From Vulcanimicrobiota bacterium (GTDB taxonomy: Bacteria; Vulcanimicrobiota; Vulcanimicrobiia; Vulcanimicrobiales; Vulcanimicrobiaceae): a stretch of 64,000 nucleotides of DNA. Numbering within the stretch: position 1 is the first letter of the stretch; each line of letters begins with the position of its first letter. The DNA is taken from positions 11,009 through 75,008 of the forward strand of contig CAVZQC010000003.1 in the NCBI GenBank assembly GCA_963777315.1, read 5' to 3'. The notes below the pieces were generated by a model. It did no database searches. It saw nothing but the letters and a program-made list of their open reading frames with translations, and was not told where the DNA came from. Below are positions 37,019 to 47,679 of the stretch, piece by piece. The position numbers and the translations under genes are program-made.

Positions 37019-38221
37019 TCAAGGCTTTCCGCGCTTCTTCGTGTGCCACCAAGTCCAGGATGGCCTTCGGCGCGTTTTGCGCAAAGCGGGCTGGGCCGCC
37101 GAAGGGGCGACCGGAGCAGGGCGAAAGTTCATGATGACGACGCGAAGTATACCGGCCACCGGCACCGCGAGCAGAAGGCCCGGAATACCGGCCAGCTCAC
37201 CGCCTGCGAGCAAGGCGAGCACGACCGCAAGCGGCGTCAACTCGACGCTCTTGCTGACGACGTTGGGAGCGATAATGTGGCCTTCGAGCTGATTTATCAC
37301 AACGATTCCCAACGTGACGAACAGCGCATTTTCTACGCCGTTTGTGAATAGAGCGATGAAGAAGGCCGGGAGCCAACCGGCAATCGCGCCGATGTAGGGA
37401 ATGACGTCAAGAACGCCGGCAACGGCGCCGATAAGTGCCGCATATTGCACGTGCAATCCCAGCAGCAGGAGCGTCACGAGCGTACCAACGATCGCGGCGA
37501 CGATGAGCTGCCCGCGGATAAAACCGCCGACGACGTGATCGAGATCGGCAATGATTTTCAGCGCCTTCGGCTGCGCGTTCTTGGGGACGAACCCCAGGAG
37601 GGTTCGCTTGAGCCCTTCAGATTCGATCATCAGATATGCCGCCACCACCGGAATGATGACAAACAGCGCCCCTACGGTCACGATGGAGACGAGGACGGGC
37701 AATACGGTACTGGCCACGCCGGCGCCGTATTTCGAAATGTTCAGCTCGAGCTGCGCGGGGAAATCCTTGAGGTAATCACGCAGCCCCGACGGTAGATGCT
37801 TGGTAAATGGATTGTTTGGATCGACTAGCGCGGATTGCGCATGGTTCACCAGCCTGGGAGCATCGTGAACGAGCTGCTGCGCGTCGGCACCAAGGATCGG
37901 CGCGGCGATATAAATCCCGAACGCAATGAGCAGCGCGATCCCCAGATACACGATGGCGATGGAGACACCGAGCGGGAGCCTGCGATTCAGCCGGGTTATG
38001 AGCGGAAAGACGAGATATGCAAAAAGTACCGCGCCGATGACGACGATTGTAAAGGTGCGAACCCGCACCAAAAACTCCAGCGCCTTATAGAGAATGAAAC
38101 CTGCGAGTATGGCGAGCCAGCAGATGCGCACCGCGTACAGCACGCGATCGCTGCGCTGGACGAGCCGTAGCCGCGCGGTTTCTTCCTGTTCTTGACGGCC
38201 GGGAACCGTTCCGTCCTCCAT
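37019..38221 (-). CDS. AI-2E (PerM/UPF0118) family transporter
   Basis: Roughly 8 TM helices, with the ending IPYIGAIAGWLPAFFIALF...LEGHIIAPNVVSKSVELTPLAVVLALLAGGELAGIPGLLLAVP. Confidence 0.85.
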   Translation of the reverse strand: MEDGTVPGRQEQEETARLRLVQRSDRVLYAVRICWLAILAGFILYKALEFLVRVRTFTIVVIGAVLFAYLVFPLITRLNRRLPLGVSIAIVYLGIALLIAFGIYIAAPILGADAQQLVHDAPRLVNHAQSALVDPNNPFTKHLPSGLRDYLKDFPAQLELNISKYGAGVASTVLPVLVSIVTVGALFVIIPVVAAYLMIESEGLKRTLLGFVPKNAQPKALKIIADLDHVVGGFIRGQLIVAAIVGTLVTLLLLGLHVQYAALIGAVAGVLDVIPYIGAIAGWLPAFFIALFTNGVENALFVTLGIVVINQLEGHIIAPNVVSKSVELTPLAVVLALLAGGELAGIPGLLLAVPVAGILRVVIMNFRPAPVAPSAAQPALRKTRRRPSWTWWHTKKRGKP

Positions 38222-38301
38222 TGCGCAGCCGCTCCACTCATGACGATCGCTGCTCCCACCGTTGGTGGCGCTCCTCGCAGTATTTCACTGCGTTCGCCGG
38301 C

Positions 38302-39810
38302 TCAAACGATTTTGACGCGAAATTTTGCAACCACTTTGCCGTTGACCGGCAGCGAGCCGCCGCTATAGGTAAAGGTAACCGTTCCGCCGGACTGAGCGGG
38401 CGCGCACGAGAGCGGCCCGGGCGTGGTCACGCAGGTTGCGCTCGCCGCCACGTATGCCGTGTATTGCGGGATGGGGTCGCTGATGGAAAACGACTGCAGC
38501 GCGAACGCGCGGTGATTGGTAAACGTCAGCGTGTATTCCAGTACGTCGCCGGGCAGTCCATTCACCGTATTTCCCGGCCCGAGGGACTCGGTGATGTTCG
38601 CGACCTGTTTGACGAGATTCGCCGCGGTAAACGTCGTCGTGACCGCGTTCGAAGAAAGTGTTTGCCCACCGTACTCCGAGGGGTCGAACGGAACGCTTCC
38701 CTGCGCGGTATTGACGGCGCTGCCGCTCGAGGAGCTCGTCGAGCCGACCACGTGCAGCGTCGCCGTAGCGCCCGCGCTCAAGTTTGAAGCGGTTGCAACG
38801 ACGGTTTGAGCGCTGGCAGCCGACGTTACGGCGCAAGTGCCGGCGCCGCCGGTCACCGCGCATGATGGCGGTGTGATAGACGAGATTGTGATGCTCGCAG
38901 GGATCGGGTCGGTCAGCGAGGCGCTCGCGGCGGCGAAATATCCCGTGTTCTTGAGCGCGACGTCGTAGAAGAGTGAATCGCCCGGACCGGCAGCGCCGGT
39001 GCCCGCCTTCGCGATCGTGAATGTGGCCGGTACGGATGCGAGATCGTTGACCACGTCGCTTCCGGTCGCAATCGCGGTGTGGCTGCCGACAAGCGCGCCT
39101 GCGGTGGTGTATTCCCACAGCGTCCAAGGAGAACCGCTGCCGATTTGCTCGCAGGCGGCCAGGTCGCCGTTGGGCAAAAGCGCCGCGCCCGTAAGGCTTC
39201 CGCTGGGCCCACTGAGCGTTACGGGACCGGTGACTGCGCCGGTCGTTGCGTTGATCGTGTACAGACTGTGCGTCGCAACGACGTAAAGCGTTTCGTTGTT
39301 GGCTGCAGTCGGAGCGGCGACGATGTCGCCGTTGGTACCGATCGACGTGCTCAGCGTAAGCGTCTTTTGAACCGCGGCCGTGGATGGGTTTACCCAGGCG
39401 ACGGTGTTTGCGCTGGTCATCGTCACGAGGCATCCCGCAGCGCAATACTTCGTCGTAGGATCGAACGACATGCGCGCCTCCGTACCGGACAAACCGGAGA
39501 TCGATCCCACGATCGTTGCGGCACCATAGGCCGTTGCCGACGTCGGCGCGTTCGGATTGAAAGCCGCCTTGACCAGCTGCCCGGAAGCATTCGAAACGTA
39601 CAGATTGCCGCTCAAGTCCTGCGCCAGATCCTGGGCGCTGGTTCCCGAAAAAATACTCCCGTACGATTGAACGACGGAGCCCGACGTGGTGTCGATGAGA
39701 TAGACGCCGGCGCTGTCGCTGAGCACCATGATGGTTGCCGCGCGTCCGGCAGCCATCGCACCGATCCATCCCAGCACGGCCAGCGCCGCCGCAAGAAGAT
39801 AGCGGCGCAT
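38302..39810 (-). CDS. Secreted protein: beta-propeller-like N-terminal half plus two DUF11/TIGR01451-type repeats (operon gene 5)
   Basis: Signal peptide MRRYLLAAALAVLGWIGAMAAGRA. GPGDSLFYDVALKNTGYFAAASASLTDPIP and GLPGDVLEYTLTFTNHRAFALQSFSISDPIP are repeat signatures. The start abuts the stop of gene 4. Confidence 0.7.
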   Translation of the reverse strand: MRRYLLAAALAVLGWIGAMAAGRAATIMVLSDSAGVYLIDTTSGSVVQSYGSIFSGTSAQDLAQDLSGNLYVSNASGQLVKAAFNPNAPTSATAYGAATIVGSISGLSGTEARMSFDPTTKYCAAGCLVTMTSANTVAWVNPSTAAVQKTLTLSTSIGTNGDIVAAPTAANNETLYVVATHSLYTINATTGAVTGPVTLSGPSGSLTGAALLPNGDLAACEQIGSGSPWTLWEYTTAGALVGSHTAIATGSDVVNDLASVPATFTIAKAGTGAAGPGDSLFYDVALKNTGYFAAASASLTDPIPASITISSITPPSCAVTGGAGTCAVTSAASAQTVVATASNLSAGATATLHVVGSTSSSSGSAVNTAQGSVPFDPSEYGGQTLSSNAVTTTFTAANLVKQVANITESLGPGNTVNGLPGDVLEYTLTFTNHRAFALQSFSISDPIPQYTAYVAASATCVTTPGPLSCAPAQSGGTVTFTYSGGSLPVNGKVVAKFRVKIV

Positions 39811-42800
39811 CTACCGGCTTGCCCCCCAGCCGAAGATGCGATCGATGAGGGTTGTGAACGTGAAATAGAATCCCTTGCGTTGCGGCTTTCCGCTCAACGT
39901 CGGATCGATGCTCCCGGAAAAATTGTATCCGGCTGCCAGACGCGCGTCGTTGCCGATTGTGTAACCCGCCTCGGCGGCCACGTCGGTCGTTTGCGCACCG
40001 GGAACGTTGGCCGCATTCAACATCCGCAGCTCAGCGCCCACGTCGAACCGCGTTCCGACGTTTTGACGGGCCCGTAGTCCGAAAAGTGAGGTGTGGGCGG
40101 CGTAATAGCCGTCTCCGTCGAGTTTCTCGGCCACTCTTCCAGCCAGTTCGAACGTATTCCATGGCCGGTACACTTCTTCGAAGGAAAGCACGTCGGTGCG
40201 CTCGGGCAGCAAGGACGAAGTTCCGGTGAGGCGCTCATAGCCGAGCAACGATACCAAGGTGTCGTTGTTCTGCGGACGATAGGCGAGCGAGATGCGGTCG
40301 TCGGCGGCGTTCGTGCCGCTTCCGGAAACCTGATTGAGCGTTCCGAGCACCGCAATATTCGGTCCGACGTGGCCGGTAAGACCTCCGCTGAACGTGGTTC
40401 CTCCCAGCGACCCGGTACGCGACTGATATGCCAGGGCCGCGCGAAAATCTTTGGAATCGGAATAGGCAACCGAGCCGCCGTAGACGGTAAATCCTGCGGC
40501 GCCCGCGCCGGACGCGTTCGCCTGCTGCATCGTGAGGTTTCCACTGAGCCGTTTACCGATGCTGAATTTTTGCGTGACGCCGAGCGCGGAGTAGATGTCA
40601 GTAGCGTTTCCGGTATCCGTAATCAGATAATCGCTCTCAACGTTCATGGCCGGGCTCATCGCGCGTTCGAAGCCGATTTGCGTCGAACGCGTTCCAAGGT
40701 TCGTCAATCCGAGCGCGCCTGCAGATTGCGCGAACGCCGTTGCAGCAGAATCGCTGAGCAGTTGCCGCACGAACACTTTGCTGCGGTCGTCGAACGCATA
40801 ACTCAATTCAGCGGAGGTTTGTGCCGGCTGCGTGGTCTGCGCGGTTGCTCCGGTCAGATCCTGATCGCGCTGAACGTTCAAGCCGACGCGCTTGCTCGGT
40901 TTCCAGTCGAAGCCGAGCTGAGCTTGCATTTGCGTGGAGCGTTGCAGCACATTCGGCTCAGGGGAGCTGCCCGTGAGCGGCGGCGATATGGTCAGTGGAA
41001 CGTTTTGCTGCGCGTGCGCCTGGACGCCGAACAGCAGCGAAATCGTTTTGTTCACCGCTGTATTCCACAGCAGGCTCGCGTTGTTTTGCGCGTCTTCAAC
41101 GCCCGCTCCATGATTGCGCTGGCCATCGGCTTCGAGCGTCAACGTCTGGCCGGGCGCTGCATGACGAGACCACGCAACGCGATAATTGGTAAAGCCCGGC
41201 GAGGATATCCCGCCGAACGGGTCGGCGAAACCGGCTGCGGTGTCTTGATACAGCGCGTCGATTTGATTGGGGCCAATGCGGTCGTTCAAGGTGAGATCGA
41301 TCGCGTTGCCGCCGCCCCCGCTCGAAAGTTGACCCCCCGTAACGCCGGGCGCCGACCCCGAACTCGACGCGTGTGAAAGTATCCACTGGCCGCCCGGAAG
41401 CTTTCCGGTTAATGATTGCGAGACCAAGGAGAAGTTCGATGCTCCGGTGGCATCGTTGACGTAGGAAACGCGCAGTTTGGCTGCCGCTGAGCCGCCGATA
41501 TCGACCCATGCGTTGCCTCCGGTTACTGCCGAATGCGTGGCGATTCCTTGATACTGATACTGCAGCTGCAGCACCTGAGGATTGAAATAGGGGTCGAACG
41601 GCAGCGGAACGTTGATGAAACGCAGCGTTCCGGTTGCATAATCTATCGTGTAATCGACGTTTCGAATCAACGGCGTTTGCGAGATGACGGCGCCGGTTCG
41701 CCGGTCTATCGACGCAAGGGTGATGTAATCGGATCCGACGACGATGTCGGGCTGCAGCGGCTGCGCAAGCGTCAAAAGGCCGCTCACGGGAATGGTCGTC
41801 GAGACGTACGCCACTTGATTGCGCGCCGTGAACGCGTTCACATGAATGTGAGAATCCTTGTTCGCCAACTCGACTTTTGCACCCGAGAGCAACTGTCGAT
41901 ACGCGCCAACCGCGTTGTCATCGCCGGCGGTTGCTTGAAATTGTCCCCACATGATACTGTCGCGTCCGCTGTCGAGGCGTGCGTACAACCGATCGTTGGA
42001 CTCAAAATCGGAAGATCGCGTCGAGGAATCTCCATAGGTTTGATACGGGCGTTCGTTCGGATCGTCCACGAAGGGACCATACGAAGAGAGCGGGGCAAGC
42101 GTGTTCTGCGACTCGTACGCAACGGTCAGCAGAGACTGTTTGCCGACGCGGCCGCTGGCAAACAGTGCAGCGCGTGCCCGGCGCGCGCTGCCGCCGTCGT
42201 CTACGCCATCGCCGTCGACCGCAATCGGCACGGCTCCGGCGCCTACGCTGACCAGTCCGTTGACCAGCGGTTTACGCAGATAGGGCGCGACGTACAGCGT
42301 TTGTGCAGACGTGAGTTCGCCCGCCGCGATTTGCAGCGTGATGTCGCCGGCCGTCAGCCCGGGAACGATGGGAATGCCGACATGCCCTCCGAGGCCGAGC
42401 TGCGCGGTGAAAACCGCGTTTTCGCTGCCGGGCGAGGCTGTGGGCGCCGGCGACGCGCCGGTGGTCGCCGACGGTAAGCCGGCGGATGCAAAGCGCGCAT
42501 CGCCGCGCATGAGCGTGACCTTCACTGGGACTCCCGCCATCGCGGGATCCCCCCAGCGGTCCGTCGCGGAAACATCGAGCAATACGGCGCTTCGGCCGTC
42601 GGCCACGAGCGTGCCTTGCAACTGGGTGCGCAGCGTTGCGGGAGGCCCGCAACCGTAGATTAACGCCGTTGCCGAAGCTCCGCGCAACCCTGCTGCGCCT
42701 ATCGGGGTGGCGACGAGCTCATTTGGGCCGGGCTTGAGGACGACGCCGAAATATTCGAACTGCGCCGTTCCCCCTTTGGCCGAAGCGGTACGGCGTCCGA

Positions 42801-43140
42801 TGCGGGTAAGCGGCACGAGTTCGCCGTTCACGCGCAGCTCCACGCCGGCGCCGTACACCGTGTCGACGACGACTCGCGTTGCAACTGAAGGCGATACCGT
42901 TTTGTCGGACGGAAAAGCGAACGATGCCGTCAGCGGGCCGGTCGCGGTGTACGATTCATGCGCAAGATCCGCGTACTTGATCGAATTCGGCGACTCGGAC
43001 GGTGCCGGGCTCGGGCTGGAGATCGGCGCGGCAACGTCGTCGCCGGTGGCCCCCGATCGCGTCGCCGCCGCGCAGATCAACGAAATGGCAATCATCATGG
43101 CGCCGATTCGGCGAAGCGCATGTGCGATGGCGATTGTCAT
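39811..43140 (-). CDS. Very large (1109 aa) secreted protein: Big_1/invasin-like Ig region plus a long C-terminal putative outer-membrane beta-barrel (operon gene 4)
   Basis: Start at Met 28 of ORF 39811..43221, overlapping gene 3's stop (ATGA). Signal peptide [59 protein letters not shown] is Big_1-like. The last ~700 aa show alternating-hydrophobic strands and end ...RLAAGYNFSG...KGFYFTFT. Confidence 0.65.
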   Translation of the reverse strand: MTIAIAHALRRIGAMMIAISLICAAATRSGATGDDVAAPISSPSPAPSESPNSIKYADLAHESYTATGPLTASFAFPSDKTVSPSVATRVVVDTVYGAGVELRVNGELVPLTRIGRRTASAKGGTAQFEYFGVVLKPGPNELVATPIGAAGLRGASATALIYGCGPPATLRTQLQGTLVADGRSAVLLDVSATDRWGDPAMAGVPVKVTLMRGDARFASAGLPSATTGASPAPTASPGSENAVFTAQLGLGGHVGIPIVPGLTAGDITLQIAAGELTSAQTLYVAPYLRKPLVNGLVSVGAGAVPIAVDGDGVDDGGSARRARAALFASGRVGKQSLLTVAYESQNTLAPLSSYGPFVDDPNERPYQTYGDSSTRSSDFESNDRLYARLDSGRDSIMWGQFQATAGDDNAVGAYRQLLSGAKVELANKDSHIHVNAFTARNQVAYVSTTIPVSGLLTLAQPLQPDIVVGSDYITLASIDRRTGAVISQTPLIRNVDYTIDYATGTLRFINVPLPFDPYFNPQVLQLQYQYQGIATHSAVTGGNAWVDIGGSAAAKLRVSYVNDATGASNFSLVSQSLTGKLPGGQWILSHASSSGSAPGVTGGQLSSGGGGNAIDLTLNDRIGPNQIDALYQDTAAGFADPFGGISSPGFTNYRVAWSRHAAPGQTLTLEADGQRNHGAGVEDAQNNASLLWNTAVNKTISLLFGVQAHAQQNVPLTISPPLTGSSPEPNVLQRSTQMQAQLGFDWKPSKRVGLNVQRDQDLTGATAQTTQPAQTSAELSYAFDDRSKVFVRQLLSDSAATAFAQSAGALGLTNLGTRSTQIGFERAMSPAMNVESDYLITDTGNATDIYSALGVTQKFSIGKRLSGNLTMQQANASGAGAAGFTVYGGSVAYSDSKDFRAALAYQSRTGSLGGTTFSGGLTGHVGPNIAVLGTLNQVSGSGTNAADDRISLAYRPQNNDTLVSLLGYERLTGTSSLLPERTDVLSFEEVYRPWNTFELAGRVAEKLDGDGYYAAHTSLFGLRARQNVGTRFDVGAELRMLNAANVPGAQTTDVAAEAGYTIGNDARLAAGYNFSGSIDPTLSGKPQRKGFYFTFTTLIDRIFGWGASR

Positions 43141-45308
43141 CGTGTATCCTGCAGAGCGAAGTTGACGTCTTCCATGAGGCCGTCGTCGAAGAGTCCGTGC
43201 ACCAAACGCTGCATCGACCACGTGCTGTTCATGCGCGCGTTCGAGAAGGGACGAACGGTCTGCGGAATCGTCGCCGGATCCACGCGTAGCACGTGCATCC
43301 CGGGCCTCACGGCCGCGAACGAGTAGCGTCCGTTCTGATCCGTAAGGACGGAGCTCCCGTCCTCCAGAAAGATACGCACGCCCGCAATGCCCTCATCGCC
43401 TGTGCTGAACCGTCCGGTGCGATGCACGTCCAGAAACACGCGGCCCGTGATCACGCCGCGCTGCGAGAACGCTCCGGCGACCACGCGTACGTCGGCAGTT
43501 GCGCCGGCCGTCGCCGAAACGGCGGTTCCCGGAATCTTCGCTGAAGCGGTCACCGTGTTGACGAGCGTCGTTCCGGCCACCGCTGATGGAAAAACGAGGG
43601 CGGCGTAGACGATGTCGTGCGTCGTCGAGGGAGGTAACGCCGGAACGTTCCAGGTCAGAACGCGCCCGTTTACCGAAGGTTCCAGCGGCGTTGAGTCCAT
43701 GCGCGCCGTGCCGGGTGCGTACGATTCGCCCGGCGGAAGCACGTCCGCTACTTGCGTTTCACCGAGTCCGGATTGCGATGGATTCCCGAATTGGATCGTG
43801 TAGATCAGCCGATCTCCGGGCTGCGCGACCGGCTTATCCACCGCTTTGCTCACCGAGATCGATCGCGCGGTGAACAGCGGGACGTTTCCGAACAATCCGA
43901 ACACGTTGGCAAGCGTTACGTTGGCGGAAGTCAGCACAAAACCACCTGCTTGCGCCAGCGGCTGACCGTCCAGCGACGAAGCCGTGACGTCGTACAGCAT
44001 CTTGCCGGCATCGAGTTTTATAATCAGACCGATCTTGCGGTTCATGAATCCCGGAGCGGTAATCGTCAGGAAAAACTGCGATCCCCCGGGCGCAATCATG
44101 CTCGGCGCGACCGCGAAGGAATACGCGCCGTTCGCGCCGGTGGTGAACGGATTCTGCGTGTTCGCCGTATCGACGGGCGGCACGCCGCTCATATTCACCG
44201 GTTTACCGTTTGCATCCAATAGCGTGACGACTGCTGCGCCCACCGGGCGATCGGCATTTGAAGGATCGAAAACGAGGTTTGCAGTCCCGATCAGCACGCT
44301 CGCAGGCGTCGTATTGGTGGCGGATACGCCGTCGGCCGCCACTTGCGCAACGTTGGTGAAGGTCGCACCGGTCGTCGAATTGGCCAGAACCGAGGCAGTA
44401 AAGGAGACGTCGAACGTCGCCCCGGCCGCAACCGAAGGAATGCGGACCGACAGCGTCCGACCGGAAAGCGTCGCAGCCGAACCCGCCGGCGACCCGTCGA
44501 GCAGCACCGACGAAAGATTCGCTTGCAATCCGGCCGGAACAACATCGGTGACCACCACGTTCGTCGCTGCCGCTTCGCCCGAGTTCTTCGCGCGAATGTC
44601 GAACGTGACGTCGGCGCCGGGGTTGGACTGTACGATCAGCTGCTGATCGACCGTTTTCGATATCTGCGTCGCAGGGCCGCCGATCCCGGTGAATTGCGGA
44701 CCTTGCGCTGCCAAGGCCCATTGCATGCCGGTGTCGCTTTGCAATCCGTTGGAGGTACCTGCGACCGTGGTTTGCGCCGTAATGGAAAGCGGAAACGCCG
44801 TTCTAAGCGCGATGCCGCCCGTTGAAACGACGATCTGCAACTCAATGGAGTCACCCGGCGGGACGCTGGGCGAAACCGTCGATCCAATCGTCGCGGGATA
44901 CGATGCGCCGCCTGCGACGAACGCCGCGGAGAGCAGCTTACCGGGACCGGTGCTTGCGGTCTGGATCGTGTACGCGTCGGTGACGTTGCTGACGTTCGTG
45001 ATTGTGAACGCGCGCGTCACGTTCGATCCGGCGGCGTAGGCGTCGGTCGCCGGATCGACTTTCGATTCCTTCGGCGTGACGGTGAGCGCTCCGACCGGCG
45101 CGTACGTTGTAATCACCGGGTTCGAATCGGCAACATAACTCTGCCCCGAACCGTCTTCATATGTGGCGGTCGCGGTGTTCTGCACTTTGGAGCCTGCCGG
45201 AGTCGCGGTAATCATCGGCCTGAAAGGCGCCGCCTGCAGCAGTCCCGGTGCGAGCGCAGCCAGCGCGAACACGGGGAGAATCTGCCGAACAACGCGTGCG
45301 ATGTTCAC
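43137..45308 (-). CDS. Secreted multi-domain DUF11-repeat protein with a C-terminal SdrD-B/carboxypeptidase-regulatory-like domain (operon gene 3)
   Basis: GTG start and signal peptide. [32 protein letters not shown] and [15 protein letters not shown]...VADVLPPG are repeat signatures. ITGRVFLDV...[25 protein letters not shown] is the C-terminal domain. Confidence 0.75.
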   Translation of the reverse strand: MNIARVVRQILPVFALAALAPGLLQAAPFRPMITATPAGSKVQNTATATYEDGSGQSYVADSNPVITTYAPVGALTVTPKESKVDPATDAYAAGSNVTRAFTITNVSNVTDAYTIQTASTGPGKLLSAAFVAGGASYPATIGSTVSPSVPPGDSIELQIVVSTGGIALRTAFPLSITAQTTVAGTSNGLQSDTGMQWALAAQGPQFTGIGGPATQISKTVDQQLIVQSNPGADVTFDIRAKNSGEAAATNVVVTDVVPAGLQANLSSVLLDGSPAGSAATLSGRTLSVRIPSVAAGATFDVSFTASVLANSTTGATFTNVAQVAADGVSATNTTPASVLIGTANLVFDPSNADRPVGAAVVTLLDANGKPVNMSGVPPVDTANTQNPFTTGANGAYSFAVAPSMIAPGGSQFFLTITAPGFMNRKIGLIIKLDAGKMLYDVTASSLDGQPLAQAGGFVLTSANVTLANVFGLFGNVPLFTARSISVSKAVDKPVAQPGDRLIYTIQFGNPSQSGLGETQVADVLPPGESYAPGTARMDSTPLEPSVNGRVLTWNVPALPPSTTHDIVYAALVFPSAVAGTTLVNTVTASAKIPGTAVSATAGATADVRVVAGAFSQRGVITGRVFLDVHRTGRFSTGDEGIAGVRIFLEDGSSVLTDQNGRYSFAAVRPGMHVLRVDPATIPQTVRPFSNARMNSTWSMQRLVHGLFDDGLMEDVNFALQDTR

Positions 45309-45332
45309 GCCGGATGCGCTAAACGCTTCCCG

Positions 45333-47666
45333 TTATTTCGCGATCACCGCGAAGTACAGGATGCCGCCGACCTGTGGCGTCAGCACGAACGTACCGCCGC
45401 CGACTTGATCCATGAACGCGTTGGATGCGACCGCGTTGCCGTTGTCGTTGGGCGTGCTGGATCCGCCGACGACCGCGTACGTCGAGCCCGTGGTGTTGTC
45501 GCCGCAGGTTCCCGCAACGTTGCCGCACTGATTGGTTACCGCAGCACCCGAGGTGAGCGCTTCCTTCAATCCACCCGAATACGTGGCCCAGGTATTCGTG
45601 CCGGCGCCGCCGTCTTCGGTGATTTTTAGCGTTCCCGCGACCATCGCGAGGGCAACGTTTCCTGCTCCACTGACCGTGCTTACCGGAAGCGTATTGAGAT
45701 AGGCGACTTTGTATTGGATTACGCCGGCCGGACAAACGCCGTTCGCCGGAACGGAAGCACCCGCGGGACACCCGGTTGAGAGCACGGTTGCGGTTTTTTG
45801 CAGCGAGATGAAGCCGCCCGGCATGAGCACGTGATAGGTCGAGTTACTGTACGATCCGGATGCTTGTGAGGTCGCGAGCACCTGAACGTATATTGGATTG
45901 AAGTCCGTCGGCGCGTTTGCTCCGCTTGCGCTGCTGTATTTCACGCAGTACGGCGCGGTCGCGCTCGCCGAAACGGAGATCTGATAGTTGCCTGAGCCGT
46001 CTTTGGTAGCCAGATTCGTGCAGTTATAGTCCGTGTACACGCCGGTCACCGTGACGGCCGCCGGCAGGCTCGGAAACGTAAAGGAGTACGTGTCGTTGCC
46101 GCTCGACGTATTCTGAAGATCGCCTGGAACGTTGAGCACCGTGCCGCCGGGGAGCTGGGCGCCGAACGTGCCGTTGGATCCCAGACTCGCTTGCGTGAAA
46201 TCGGTGTTGGTAGTGTTGCTGCCGCAGGTCGCGGTGTTGTAGCAGCCGGAAGCGCCGGCGGCGCCTTTCGGGCCGTTGAGCACACCGGGAACGTTGCTGG
46301 TCGTAGTATTCGACAGGCCGTTGGCCGCAGGATTTCCGCTCGCGGCATTATACGCGGTCGATGGATCGGCGGTACCGTTATTGGGAACCGTTCCCGGCGC
46401 GATGCCCGGACCTTCTACAAAGCCCGCGTTGTCCGCGTATGCCGTGACCGCGACGTTCTTGATCGCATTTCCGGGCGGCAAGTTGGTGAGCGTGAGCGTA
46501 AACTCCAGTTCCGCTTGCGCGTTGCTGACGTTGCCTGCACTCGACCCCGACGACCCGACCGGAATCGCCCCGGTACCGGTGATGTAAACACCCACAAAGT
46601 ACGCGGTGCCGGCGGATGGAGCGGTGGTCGTCCAGCCGGATTTTCCCGTGTTGTCCGTGGTGTAGACGATCGTTGCGGTGTCGCCCGCGATGCTGATGTT
46701 CTTGGTGATGCTGGCGCTCGAAACGGTAAGCGGCACGCCGCCGTTTTGCGGAATCTTGTCGGTGACCAGGATGCCGTTGTTGGTTGCGCTGAGCGCCGAG
46801 CCGGTAATCGTCGTACCGCTTTGGCGAATCGACTGCAGCAACTGCGCGGGCGCAGCGCCGCCGTTGTTCACGTCGATCGTGTAGGTGAGGGTATTGCCCG
46901 AAACGACGCCGGCGGTTTTCTGCAAATCCAAGCGTGCGTCGGCGACGACCGTATCGCCGTACGTGTTCGATACCGCATTGGACGTCGAAGCGCCGTAATT
47001 CGAACCGGTCCCCGGATAAGTGATCGTCGCACCGGCAACCGTAGTGCCCACGGTGCCGGATCCCGCCGTTGTGACTTTATATTGAATCGCCACGTTGATG
47101 AACGCGCCTGCTGGCAGGCCGTAGACGTTCGTGTTTGCGGCCGTCGAAAGATACGTATTGGCTGCGGCGACCGTCGCGAACGTATGCGGCACGCCGTCCG
47201 TACCGGTGACGATGACGTTTTGGAACGTACCGGGTCCGCTGACCGTCGACGTGCCGGCGCCGAGCTGAAAGTAGCCGCTGGAATTTCCGGTGTTCGTCAG
47301 CGTGTAAATGTCGTTGATGACGTTGCCGTACACAATGGGACCGGCCGGCACGTTTTGATTTTGCGTGGTCGAACCCGGCGCAGTTCCGTTGTTCGTCGTG
47401 ATCACCAGCGAAGGCGCGTTCTGGACGAACGTCTGGACTTGATTGGACGTCGAGCTGTAGGTGTTCGTGCCGTCGCTGTATGATGCGCTGGCGGTGTTGT
47501 TGATCGCGGTACCCGGCGCGGTGGAGGATGTCGGCGTTGGCATCGGCGTGTAGATTGGCGGCGGCGTGGCGGCAATGGCGGGTGAAACGCCGATTCTCAC
47601 CGCCGCAAGAGCCAGCCCACAGGCCAGAACGAAAAGCAGGGCCAGCAGGCCGCGCGAAGTCTTCAC
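45333..47666 (-). CDS. Secreted Thr/Gly/Ser/Asn-rich DUF11-like repeat protein, putative major structural subunit (operon gene 2)
   Basis: The start is set at GTG 47666 (GAGGA Shine-Dalgarno 6 nt upstream, 13 nt after gene 1's stop). Signal peptide VKTSRGLLALLFVLACGLALAAV. LDLQKTAGVVSGNTLTYTIDVNNGG is a repeat signature. Confidence 0.7.
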   Translation of the reverse strand: MKTSRGLLALLFVLACGLALAAVRIGVSPAIAATPPPIYTPMPTPTSSTAPGTAINNTASASYSDGTNTYSSTSNQVQTFVQNAPSLVITTNNGTAPGSTTQNQNVPAGPIVYGNVINDIYTLTNTGNSSGYFQLGAGTSTVSGPGTFQNVIVTGTDGVPHTFATVAAANTYLSTAANTNVYGLPAGAFINVAIQYKVTTAGSGTVGTTVAGATITYPGTGSNYGASTSNAVSNTYGDTVVADARLDLQKTAGVVSGNTLTYTIDVNNGGAAPAQLLQSIRQSGTTITGSALSATNNGILVTDKIPQNGGVPLTVSSASITKNISIAGDTATIVYTTDNTGKSGWTTTAPSAGTAYFVGVYITGTGAIPVGSSGSSAGNVSNAQAELEFTLTLTNLPPGNAIKNVAVTAYADNAGFVEGPGIAPGTVPNNGTADPSTAYNAASGNPAANGLSNTTTSNVPGVLNGPKGAAGASGCYNTATCGSNTTNTDFTQASLGSNGTFGAQLPGGTVLNVPGDLQNTSSGNDTYSFTFPSLPAAVTVTGVYTDYNCTNLATKDGSGNYQISVSASATAPYCVKYSSASGANAPTDFNPIYVQVLATSQASGSYSNSTYHVLMPGGFISLQKTATVLSTGCPAGASVPANGVCPAGVIQYKVAYLNTLPVSTVSGAGNVALAMVAGTLKITEDGGAGTNTWATYSGGLKEALTSGAAVTNQCGNVAGTCGDNTTGSTYAVVGGSSTPNDNGNAVASNAFMDQVGGGTFVLTPQVGGILYFAVIAK

Positions 47667-47679
47667 TGATGTTCCTCGA

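Noticed and set aside
38363-47483. Many long alternative-frame ORFs (for example 38363..39769, 39079..40077, 40093..41376, 41533..42477, 43984..44646 and 46191..47483)
   Set aside because: They are shadows of the five large secreted-protein genes. They are Arg/Gly-rich and lack signal peptides, start signals and repeat signatures. The chosen frames carry the signal peptides and DUF11 motifs and are tightly coupled to each other.
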